DNA of 64,000 nt from Burkholderiales bacterium (lineage in GTDB: Bacteria; Pseudomonadota; Gammaproteobacteria; Burkholderiales; Usitatibacteraceae), in assembly GCA_038244725.1 (NCBI GenBank), contig JBBRTF010000005.1, positions 6,336 through 70,335 on the forward strand, read 5' to 3'. The position numbers and the translations under genes were made by a program. Positions 19,565 to 27,021 of the stretch are shown here, piece by piece; positions within the stretch are counted from its first letter, which is position 1; every line of letters starts with the position of its first letter. The notes under the pieces are model-generated. The model did no database searches. It saw only the letters and a program-made list of their open reading frames with translations, and had not been told where the DNA came from.

Positions 19565-20138
19565 AAGGTGATCGCGGATCCGAAAGGCGCCGTGATCGAG
19601 CTCACTGCGCCCGGCCCCTTCCCGACCGGAAGCCCGGTGATCGATTCGCAAGGGCACCTCGCCGGTATCGTCACGACGCCGCCCACTTTCGGCGACGCGA
19701 TCATCGTTGCGCTCGGACCTTCGCGCGTGGCGCAGGGACGTACTTCGGCTGCCGCGGCAGCCGAAAGCGCCGTCGCGCTGCCGACATCCGCCACGCGCGG
19801 ACTCGCCTTGTAAAGCGAGGGATTCACGACGCTGTGGAAGGAAGACTCCGCGCAGCGGCTCGTCGAGGTGCTCGACAATCCCAAGAAGGGCGGGTCGGCC
19901 TGCCGCTCGCGTACTGGACCCAGTGGGCGGGCCGCGATCCGACGCGCCGCTACGACCGCACTGCGTCGCGACCTTTGGCGATGAAGAGGAAATCGTGGTG
20001 GATTACCCGCAGGTCACCCACGAGTTTCCGGCCGACGGCTACTGGTACTGCGCCCTGGTGCGTTTCAACTCCGGGCTGGACAGCCTCTGCTCGCGTTTCT
20101 TCGACGCAACAAGGTGGTCAGCCACCAGGGTGAAATGA
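19565..20138 (+). pseudogene. decayed paralogue of the 15051..16490 gene (covers roughly its aa 231-450)
   Basis: IELTAPGPFPTGSPVIDSQGHLAGIVTTP, GFTTLWKEDSAQRLVEVLDNPKKG and HCVATFGDEEEIVVDYPQVTHEFPADGYWYCALVRFNSGLDSL match the intact gene. They are spread over 3 frames, with an in-frame TAA at 19811-19813. The remnant lacks the 5' part, has an internal loss, and has no C-terminal TM. Confidence 0.8.
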
Positions 20139-20163
20139 CGAGGGGCGCTTTCGCGCCCCTCGT
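20138..20163. terminator. GC-rich hairpin between convergent genes (bidirectional terminator candidate)
   Basis: ACGAGGGGCGC-tttc-GCGCCCCTCGT (11-bp stem), followed on the + strand by acgTTCTTCTCT. Confidence 0.6.
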
Positions 20164-20187
20164 ACGTTCTTCTCTGAAGCGCAACGG

Positions 20188-20280
20188 TTAGGTGTTGCGC
20201 CTGCGCATCGCTGCGAAACCCGCCAGGGCGAGGAGCGATGCGAGCATCACCATCGCCCATTCGGAGAGTGTCGGGATGCC
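20188..20280 (-). other. IPTL-CTERM-type sorting signal
   Basis: IPTLSEW motif, a hydrophobic helix and an RRR tail at the extreme C-terminus. Confidence 0.7.
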
Positions 20281-21336
20281 GGTTCCGCCGCCAGCCCCGA
20301 CCAGCACGCTCTCGTTCGCGCCGTTGCACACGTTTGTCGTCGGCGCGTTGTTGGCATCGCCGCTGTAGTTGGCGATCCAGCGATAGGTGCCGGTCACCAG
20401 AGGCGTGAAAGCCGCGGAAGTATAGGAACCGTTGCCGCTGACCGGCACCACCGACGTGAAGATCGCTGCCGTAGCGCAAGTCGCGTCATTGGGACCGAAC
20501 AGGTTGAAGGTGATCGTCCCTGTGGGGGCGGCGGCGCCGAGGCCACCGTTCAAAGCCATGGTGTCGCTCACCGTCGATCCGAGCGCTATGTTGGCCGATG
20601 AAACCTGGGTGGTGCCCGTTGGGATAGCCAACCCGGGACCCGCGGCGCTGCACCCCCCGACGTTGCTGCCGCCGGCCAGCGTCACGTCACCCGCGGCGGC
20701 GACCAGGGCTCGGCCGGTAAGGCCCGAGCCGGTACCCAGGTGGACCCCCGATCCCGCGACAACGGTTCCTGGAAAGTTGACTCCATTGAGAGTCGCCAGG
20801 GTGGGGACGCGCCAGAAAACGCTGCAGGGATCGACGCCGTTCAGGATGACCGTCGAGCCAACGGCGGTCGTGATGTCGCTATTGAGCGAGAAAACGTAGA
20901 TCCCCGCGCCGTCGAGGGTAATGGACGTCGGGATAATGGCGGTGCCGACAGCCAGCGCGTATTTCCCGGGCGTGTAATGGCCGTCGGCGGTGGGTCCGCC
21001 GGTGCTCAGGTTTGCCGTGATCGCCACGCCACCGGCCGGCGCGAGAAAGGGAGAATTGAACAGAGTGGTGGTCGCGCCCCGGGCAGCGATGGAGAATGCG
21101 TCGTTGCCATGGTTTGCGAATGGCGGAAGGATGGTGGCGTTCGCCGGAAAGCCGGTGATGAACGTGGCTGCCGCCGGATCGATGCCGACATCTCCGTTTA
21201 TCGTGCTGAGGGGCGGGTTGGCCGACACCCCCGTTCCGCCCAGGATCGCGAAACTCTGGGCCGCACCTACGCTTTGGGCGATTGCCGGCGCGGAAACCAG
21301 GACCATCGCCGCGACTCCGGCGCTCATGAGCTTCAT
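20188..21336 (-). CDS. DUF3494 (ice-binding-like) surface protein with Ig-like domain and IPTL-CTERM sorting signal
   Basis: Start chosen at MKLMSAGVAAMVLVSAPAIA (signal peptide). Motifs: AQSFAILGGTGVS...INGDVG, LDGAGIYVFS, VILNGVDPCSVFWRV...TGRALVAAAGDVTLAGG, GTYRWIANYSGDANN. The C-terminus is GIPTLSEWAMVMLASLLALAGFAAMRRRNT. Confidence 0.8.
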   Translation of the reverse strand: MKLMSAGVAAMVLVSAPAIAQSVGAAQSFAILGGTGVSANPPLSTINGDVGIDPAAATFITGFPANATILPPFANHGNDAFSIAARGATTTLFNSPFLAPAGGVAITANLSTGGPTADGHYTPGKYALAVGTAIIPTSITLDGAGIYVFSLNSDITTAVGSTVILNGVDPCSVFWRVPTLATLNGVNFPGTVVAGSGVHLGTGSGLTGRALVAAAGDVTLAGGSNVGGCSAAGPGLAIPTGTTQVSSANIALGSTVSDTMALNGGLGAAAPTGTITFNLFGPNDATCATAAIFTSVVPVSGNGSYTSAAFTPLVTGTYRWIANYSGDANNAPTTNVCNGANESVLVGAGGGTGIPTLSEWAMVMLASLLALAGFAAMRRRNT

Positions 21337-21426
21337 CGTATTAAGCGATCTCATCGAATCCCTCACTTATCTTTTCGCGGAGGAAGCTCCGCCTTTGTCC
21401 GGATATCGTACACTCTTGTTTAGCAA

Positions 21427-21463
21427 GGGGAAAGAGAAAAGAAAAGCGGCCCCGAAGGGCCGC
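21427..21463 (-). terminator. Rho-independent terminator
   Basis: On the minus strand it reads GCGGCCC-ttcg-GGGCCGC followed by TTTTCTTTTCTCTTTCC, 25 nt after the stop of the 21488..22282 gene. Confidence 0.8.
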
Positions 21464-21487
21464 GTGCCGTTTGCTGCATCTCAAGGC

Positions 21488-22282
21488 TCAAGCGCGTGGC
21501 TCGCCCCGCTCGTTCACGGTGACCGTCTGACCCGGAGGCGCCGTGAGTTGCGCGCGATGCTCGCGGCCGCGGAAGCTGTAGGTGACGTCCCAGTACGCGG
21601 GATGCGCCTGGCTCGTTACCGTCTCGCAGCGCTGGACGTCGTGGCCGGTGGAGTGGCCGTCGCGTCCCACGTTGGAACCGATGGCGCCGCCGGCGATGGC
21701 GCCGCCCACGGTCGCGAGATCGTTGCCTCGGCCGTTGCCGACCTGATGGCCGAGGATCCCGCCGATGACCGCGCCGGCGATGGCGCCGCCCACGTTGCGG
21801 TCGCCGCGATCCTGGCTCACCTGCTCGCGCTCGACCCAGCAGCGTTGCTCGGCTTCACCCATCACCGCGCGCACGGAGGTCACGTTCGCCTCGTAGAGAC
21901 GCTCGTTGTGGCGGCGGCGTGCGTCGTAGGTGACGAGGGGCGCCGGTGCATAGCGGTTGTCCTCGACATGCATGTTCCGGCTCACGTTGCGAACCGACGA
22001 GATGCGATCGTCCAGGCCCATGGCGGCGAGCGACGGGTAGTTTCCGGGACGAAGCACGATGCAGCGGCCCTGGAAGCGCGCGTCCTGGCAGACTTCCCAG
22101 CGGTCGCGCGAGACGACCACGGACGAGGCGCGATCGTTGAAGCCGAAGCGCTCGAAGTTGCCGACCGACTTCTGCGTGGTGAAGGAACGGCCCTGGAAGC
22201 TGTCGTTCTCGTAGAAGGTGACCTGGGCCGAGGCCTGGGTGGCGATCGCCGTCGCGGCGATTGCGAGCGCGGTCCTGATCAT
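21488..22282 (-). CDS. secreted beta/gamma-crystallin-fold domain + glycine-zipper (Rick_17kDa/2TM-type) protein
   Basis: Starts at MIRTALAIAATAIATQASA (ATG 22282-22280, ATGA overlap with the BON gene stop). Motifs: VTFYENDSFQGRSF...DRASSVVV..RWEVCQDARFQGRC..LRPGNYPSL, then GGAIAGAVIGGILGHQVGNGRG...GGAIAGGAIGSNVG. Confidence 0.75.
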   Translation of the reverse strand: MIRTALAIAATAIATQASAQVTFYENDSFQGRSFTTQKSVGNFERFGFNDRASSVVVSRDRWEVCQDARFQGRCIVLRPGNYPSLAAMGLDDRISSVRNVSRNMHVEDNRYAPAPLVTYDARRRHNERLYEANVTSVRAVMGEAEQRCWVEREQVSQDRGDRNVGGAIAGAVIGGILGHQVGNGRGNDLATVGGAIAGGAIGSNVGRDGHSTGHDVQRCETVTSQAHPAYWDVTYSFRGREHRAQLTAPPGQTVTVNERGEPRA

Positions 22283-22590
22283 TTGACGCGCATGTCGTTC
22301 TTGACGGACGACACACCCTTCACGGTCTTGGCGGTGGCGACCGCGACGTTCACGTTCTCTTGCGAGCTCACGAAGCCGGAGAGCTGGACCACGCCCTTGA
22401 ACGTCTCGACGTTGATCTCGGCGGTCTTGAGGTTGGGCTGCTCGAAGATGGCGGTCTTCACCTTGGCGGTGATGACGGTGTCGTCGACGTATTCGCCCGT
22501 GCCTTCGGACCTGGAGGTGGAGGCGCAGCCGATGAGGCCGGCGGTGGCGAAGATCGCGAGGACGGGAATGAGGCTCTTGAAGTTCTTCAT
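22279..22590 (-). CDS. BON-domain lipoprotein (OsmY-like)
   Basis: Lipobox LIGC. Motifs: DDTVITAKVKTAIFEQPNLKTAEINVETFKGVVQLSGFV...AKTVKGVSSVKNDMRV. Confidence 0.85.
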   Translation of the reverse strand: MKNFKSLIPVLAIFATAGLIGCASTSRSEGTGEYVDDTVITAKVKTAIFEQPNLKTAEINVETFKGVVQLSGFVSSQENVNVAVATAKTVKGVSSVKNDMRVK

Positions 22591-22698
22591 GTGGTACTCC
22601 TTGGTGAGCTTGGAGAGTACCGGGCGGCGATCGATCCGTCTGTACGATCGCGCACATTCAATCGCAGCGACTCGGGCGTGCCGGCGCCCATCGCGATA

Positions 22699-23028
22699 TC
22701 ACCGGCGCGCGATGAGGATTCCCACGAGGACGCCCGCAAGCGCGCCAAGCGCGGCGGCGGCGCCGGCGACGCGCCAAGGGTTGTCCTGCACGAACTGATC
22801 GGTAGCATGGGCCGCGGCGCCCGCCTGCTTCATCGACCGCTCGCGTAACCTTGCGAGGCGCTCGCCCGCGGCCGCGAGGTTTCCCTCGACGGAGGCGCGC
22901 CAGCTGGCCGTCTTGTCGGTCGCCGACGTGGCCACGGATTTGAGAAGCCGTTCCGTCTCGGCGATGACGCTGTCGAACTCGTCAAGCAACTTTTCCTTGG
23001 TGGTGTCGGCCTGCGGCTGCTTCATCAT
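22699..23028 (-). CDS. ElaB/YqjD/DUF883-family membrane-anchored stress protein
   Basis: 109 aa with a coiled-coil N-part and the C-terminal DNPWRVAGAAAALGALAGVLVGILIARR anchor. Confidence 0.8.
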   Translation of the reverse strand: MMKQPQADTTKEKLLDEFDSVIAETERLLKSVATSATDKTASWRASVEGNLAAAGERLARLRERSMKQAGAAAHATDQFVQDNPWRVAGAAAALGALAGVLVGILIARR

Positions 23029-23175
23029 CGTGCGTCTCCCGTAGTAGTGGCGATCGCGAGGTTAACCCGGGCGCGCGCCGGTGTCGGTGCGGCAGCGCAC
23101 AGCTCGCGCGGCTCGAGCAGCAGGAGCTGCGATGGCAGGTGGCGATGCCGCCGTCCCGACGATGCGGGCGGCGTC

Positions 23176-24009
23176 CTATCGCCCGGGCTTGACCTCGCCC
23201 GGGGGAGGCGAGAGCGCGATCAGCTCGCCGCGGAATTGCCGCAGCTTGGCTTTCACGCGCGCCTCGTTGTCGGCGCCGATGCGCATCAGCAGCTTCTGGC
23301 CCGCCGAGAGCGACTCGAGCTCGGGATCGGCGTACTCGAAGAGCACGTGGGGCACCACGAGCTTCGCCTGCTCACGGGCGGCAGGCGCCGCGAGCATGTG
23401 GTCGATCACCTCGATGAGGCGGTCGTTGAAGTACCCGGTGGGAAAGCCCAGCTCCATGTACGCCTGCTGGAAGAGCGGATAGAGGCGGGCATAGAGCGCG
23501 GTCACGCGCGCAGCGTCGAGGTTCTCGAACGCACCGACATATGCCGCGTATCGCCTGGAATTGTCCGGCGCGATGGCGAGCGTCTCGTCGCGCCCCTCAA
23601 CCTTGAAGCGCCCGCCTACGGGACGCACCGGCGACAGGCGCAGCGAGAAGTGCTCGCGCGGCAGGTTGTCGATCGTGACGACGATGTGCCGGATCAGGTC
23701 CTCGGGAAAGACGAAGGCCAAGGCGCTGGTGCCGATCGCGTCGCGAAGGGCCTCGAGCATGGTCGCGTCGCTTTCGGCGAGGCGCGGCAGCGGCTTGGGC
23801 GCCGCGGCCTTCTCGGGCATCGGATGCATCGGTCCCGTGCGAGGCGCCGGAGCGGCGGGGGTCGCGGCGGCAGGGGGGGGCAGCTGCGGGGGCTGCGACA
23901 GATAGCGCCAGAGGAAATAGGCGCCCGCGGCGAGCGCGAGCACCAGCGCGACGAGCGCGACCGCAAGGGACGGGGATGCGGCCCCGCGGGGTGGTCGGGA
24001 AGGGCTCAT
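23176..24009 (-). CDS. DUF3014-like membrane-anchored protein
   Basis: 277 aa with an N-terminal TM and a Pro-rich linker. Motifs: VVTIDNLPRE, YARLYPLFQQAYMELGFPTGYFNDRLIEVIDHMLAAP, SAGQKLLMRIG. The family is assigned from recall. Confidence 0.65.
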   Translation of the reverse strand: MSPSRPPRGAASPSLAVALVALVLALAAGAYFLWRYLSQPPQLPPPAAATPAAPAPRTGPMHPMPEKAAAPKPLPRLAESDATMLEALRDAIGTSALAFVFPEDLIRHIVVTIDNLPREHFSLRLSPVRPVGGRFKVEGRDETLAIAPDNSRRYAAYVGAFENLDAARVTALYARLYPLFQQAYMELGFPTGYFNDRLIEVIDHMLAAPAAREQAKLVVPHVLFEYADPELESLSAGQKLLMRIGADNEARVKAKLRQFRGELIALSPPPGEVKPGR

Positions 24010-24023
24010 GACGTGCGCGTTAA

Positions 24024-24040
24024 ATATCGTGCCACGATAT
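24024..24040. promoter_or_regulatory. perfect 8-1-8 palindrome in a divergent promoter region
   Basis: ATATCGTG-c-CACGATAT lies between the 24009 (-) and 24172 (+) gene starts, in an AT-rich stretch. Confidence 0.3.
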
Positions 24041-24171
24041 AGTTCAAGGTATCACATCGAGGGCGCGTCGGCGAAGGCCGACAGGGCCGTGGCCATCGCG
24101 CCATCCTCCGATCGGCGCTCGAACGGCGCGCCCGTGATCGGGTCCAATGAAGCCATCGCAGGAGAAAGCCC

Positions 24172-24669
24172 ATGACGACGAACCGTTTGCGACCCATGAT
24201 GCTCTGCACCGCCGTGGCTGCCGGCGCATTCCTCGCAGGCGCGGCCGGCGCCGCTGAGCTACGCGTCTACAAGCAGCCCAACTTCACCGGGGAAGGCCTT
24301 GCGCTGCATCGCGACGCCGCCGACCTGTCCGCCACCGGCTTCCAGGACCAGATCTCCAGCATCGAGGTGCGTACCGGGCGCTGGCAGCTTTGCACGCAGC
24401 CCGAATTCAAGGGCGACTGCGTGGTCATCGCGCGCGGCGATTACCCGACGCTCGAGCGCGTGCTGAACCATCGCATCGAGTCGGTGCGCAACGTCGCGCG
24501 CTACGGGCACAATCGCCGCTATGGCGCCGACCGCAGCCGCTATGCCTACCGCGGTGACTACTACGCCGACAACCGGCGCGACCGCGGGATGCACGATCAC
24601 CTGCGGATCTGGGGCGACGACGGCGCTTCCTGGCGGCCGCCGAGCCCACGGGCCTCTGATATTCGGTAG
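24172..24669 (+). CDS. secreted beta/gamma-crystallin-fold protein
   Basis: AGGAGA RBS and a signal peptide. Motifs: LRVYKQPNFTGEGL...ISSIEV..GRWQLCTQPEFKGDCVVIARGDYPTL. It is a paralogue of the N-domain of 21488..22282. Confidence 0.75.
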   Translation: MTTNRLRPMMLCTAVAAGAFLAGAAGAAELRVYKQPNFTGEGLALHRDAADLSATGFQDQISSIEVRTGRWQLCTQPEFKGDCVVIARGDYPTLERVLNHRIESVRNVARYGHNRRYGADRSRYAYRGDYYADNRRDRGMHDHLRIWGDDGASWRPPSPRASDIR

Positions 24670-24851
24670 CGGACATTGCACCCGCCGCGGCTGACCTATT
24701 CGTAGCTCAGCACGCGATGGGCGCGATCAAGTTCCGCAAGGTGGAGATCCGTCCGCTCTGATTCCCGCGAGCTCGTCGTGCGCGGCGCTCCCCGCCGTGC
24801 GACGGGCCTCGCCGGCGAGGGATAGCGGCGTCGGTAGCGTAAAATCGGCGC

Positions 24852-26477
24852 ATGAATTCCGATTCTCCGATCGCGCGCGAGACCGCGCGGCGCCGCACTT
24901 TCGCGATCATCTCCCACCCCGACGCGGGCAAGACCACCCTCACCGAGAAGCTGCTCCTCTTCGCGGGCGCGATCCACATCGCCGGAAGCGTGAAGGCGCG
25001 CAAGGCGACGCGCCACGCCACGAGCGACTGGATGGAGATCGAGAAGCAGCGCGGCATCTCGGTGGCGAGCTCCGTCATGCAGATGGAATATCGCGGTCAC
25101 GTGATCAACCTCCTCGATACGCCGGGCCACCAGGACTTCTCCGAGGACACCTATCGCGTGCTGACCGCGGTGGACGCGGCGCTGATGGTGATCGACGCAG
25201 TGAACGGCGTCGAGGCGCAGACCATTCGCCTCCTCGAGGTCTGCCGCGCGCGCAATACGCCGATCATCACCTTCATCAACAAGCTCGACCGCGAAGGCAA
25301 GGAGCCGCTCGCGCTCCTGGACGAGATCGAGCGCATCCTCAAGATCCCCACGGTCCCCTTCACGTGGCCCGTGGGCATGGGCAAGCGCTTCGGCGGCGTG
25401 TTCGACATCCGAGCCGACCAGATGCGCGTCTTCAAGGCGGGCGAGGACCGCCGCCAGGACGACGAGGAGATCATCTCGGGCATCGACAACCCGGACAACG
25501 CGGATCGCTTCGGCGGGGAATTCACCCATGCGCGCGGCGAGATCGAGCTTCTCGAGGGCGCCTCGCACGAGTTCCACCGCGAGGAATTCCTCGCGGGCAG
25601 GCAGACGCCGGTCTTCTTCGGCTCGGCCATCAACAATTTCGGCGTGAAGGAAGTGCTCGACGCGCTGATCGACCTCGCGCCCGCGCCGGGCCCGAAGCCG
25701 GCGGTGCAGCGCGTGGTCGAGCCCACCGAGGAAAAATTCACCGGCGTCGTCTTCAAGATCCAGGCGAACATGGACCCCGCGCACCGCGACCGCGTGGCCT
25801 TCGTGCGCGTCGCCTCGGGAAGGTTCGAGCGCGGCATGAAGGTGAAGCTCGTGCGCACCGGCAAGGACGTGAAGACGGCGAGCGCGGTCTCGTTCCTGTC
25901 TCAGCGCCGCGAGATCCTCGAGGACGCCTACCCCGGGGACATCGTGGGGCTTCCCAACCGCGGTGTGCTCCAGCTGGGCGACACGCTGACGGAAGGCGAG
26001 ACGCTGCAGTTCACCGGGCTGCCCTTCTTCGCGCCGGAGATCTTCCACACCGTGGAAGTCGCCGATCCGATGCGCAACAAGCAGCTGCGCACCGGGCTGC
26101 AGCAACTGGGCGAGGAGGGCGCGATCCAGGTGTTTCGCCCGCACCAGGGAGGGCCGCTCCTCTTGGGCGCCGTGGGCCAGCTGCAGCTGGACGTCGTGGC
26201 GCATCGCCTCGAGCACGAGTACGCCGCCGCGGCGCGCATGCGCCCGAGCAACTACAAGCTCGCCCGCTGGGTGACCGCGGCGGACCCCGCGGAGCTGGAC
26301 CGCTTCATCGAGGCCAACGCCTACCGCGTCGCCTACGATGTGGTCGACGCGCCCGCGGTCCTCTACAACCATCAGCTCGAGCTCAAGGCCGCGCGCGAGA
26401 TCTGGCCGAAGATCGAGTTCCACGCCATGCGCGAGCACGGCGGGCTCGCGGTGCACTCGGGGCTGCTCGCGGCGTAG
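24852..26477 (+). CDS. prfC: peptide chain release factor 3
   Basis: 541 aa. Motifs: RRTFAIISHPDAGKTTLTEKLL, DTPGHQDF, NKLDR; the GTPase plus EF-G-like domain order is typical of RF3. Confidence 0.9.
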   Translation: MNSDSPIARETARRRTFAIISHPDAGKTTLTEKLLLFAGAIHIAGSVKARKATRHATSDWMEIEKQRGISVASSVMQMEYRGHVINLLDTPGHQDFSEDTYRVLTAVDAALMVIDAVNGVEAQTIRLLEVCRARNTPIITFINKLDREGKEPLALLDEIERILKIPTVPFTWPVGMGKRFGGVFDIRADQMRVFKAGEDRRQDDEEIISGIDNPDNADRFGGEFTHARGEIELLEGASHEFHREEFLAGRQTPVFFGSAINNFGVKEVLDALIDLAPAPGPKPAVQRVVEPTEEKFTGVVFKIQANMDPAHRDRVAFVRVASGRFERGMKVKLVRTGKDVKTASAVSFLSQRREILEDAYPGDIVGLPNRGVLQLGDTLTEGETLQFTGLPFFAPEIFHTVEVADPMRNKQLRTGLQQLGEEGAIQVFRPHQGGPLLLGAVGQLQLDVVAHRLEHEYAAAARMRPSNYKLARWVTAADPAELDRFIEANAYRVAYDVVDAPAVLYNHQLELKAAREIWPKIEFHAMREHGGLAVHSGLLAA

Positions 26478-26910
26478 CGCGCGGGAAGGTCCAGGCGCAG
26501 CGTCCAGTTCCCGATCTGCCGCGAAAGATCCGAGAAGCACTCGAAGGTCACGGGCTTCAGCACGTAGCGGTTGGCGCGCGGCTCGCCGTTGACGGCGCGT
26601 TCGCCTTCCTCCTCGGTCGAGCACATCGCGACACCGGAATGCGGCGAAGCGCATCGGCCGCGCGGACTTGCGCGAGCACCTCGTAGCCGTCGGGCCTGGG
26701 CATGTTGAGGTCCAGGAGGATCGCGTCGGGCAGCGGAAAGCGCCGGCGCATGCCGAATTGCCCGCGTGCGAAGAGGTAGTCGAGCGCTTCCTGCCCGCCG
26801 CGTGCGACGCGCACCGCGCCGCCGAGGCGATGCCGGCGCAGCGCCTCGAGCGTGCGTTCGACGTCGAGGAGGTTGTCGTCAACCAGGAGGATGCGGATCT
26901 CGTTGTCCAT
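26372..26910 (-). pseudogene. CheY-like response regulator receiver, interrupted by a 1-nt frameshift near 26624-26632
   Basis: Frame A reads MDNEIRILLVDDN...ILLDLNMPRPDGYEVLAQVRAADALRRIPV, then junk and a stop at 26557. Frame B (ORF 26372..26626) continues MCSTEEEGERAVNGEPRANRYVLKPVTFECFSDLSRQIGNW, supplying the missing alpha4-beta5 part with the conserved KP. Confidence 0.65.
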
Positions 26911-27021
26911 TGCGTGGCTCCTTAGGGTTCGCGAAACCAGTTTCCCTCCGCGCGGCGCGCGCCGTCCTTCAGCGGGCTTAAGCGTTCTAAATCCATGGTC
27001 CTCCCGGACTACAATCGATCG

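Noticed and set aside
16500-21480. Calling the AT-rich patch a genomic island or mobile element
   Set aside because: I looked for an integrase, transposase, tRNA target, terminal inverted repeats or flanking direct repeats and found none. The 15.7-16.4 kb versus 19.6-20.1 kb similarity is a diverged paralogue, not an att-type duplication.
24852-26477. Possible programmed frameshift in a release-factor gene
   Set aside because: The programmed +1 frameshift is a feature of prfB (RF2). This gene is prfC and is one continuous frame.
24696-26882. 728-aa ORF antisense to prfC, and 629-aa ORF 24797..26686(+)
   Set aside because: These are shadow frames of the RF3 gene with Arg-rich low-complexity sequence.
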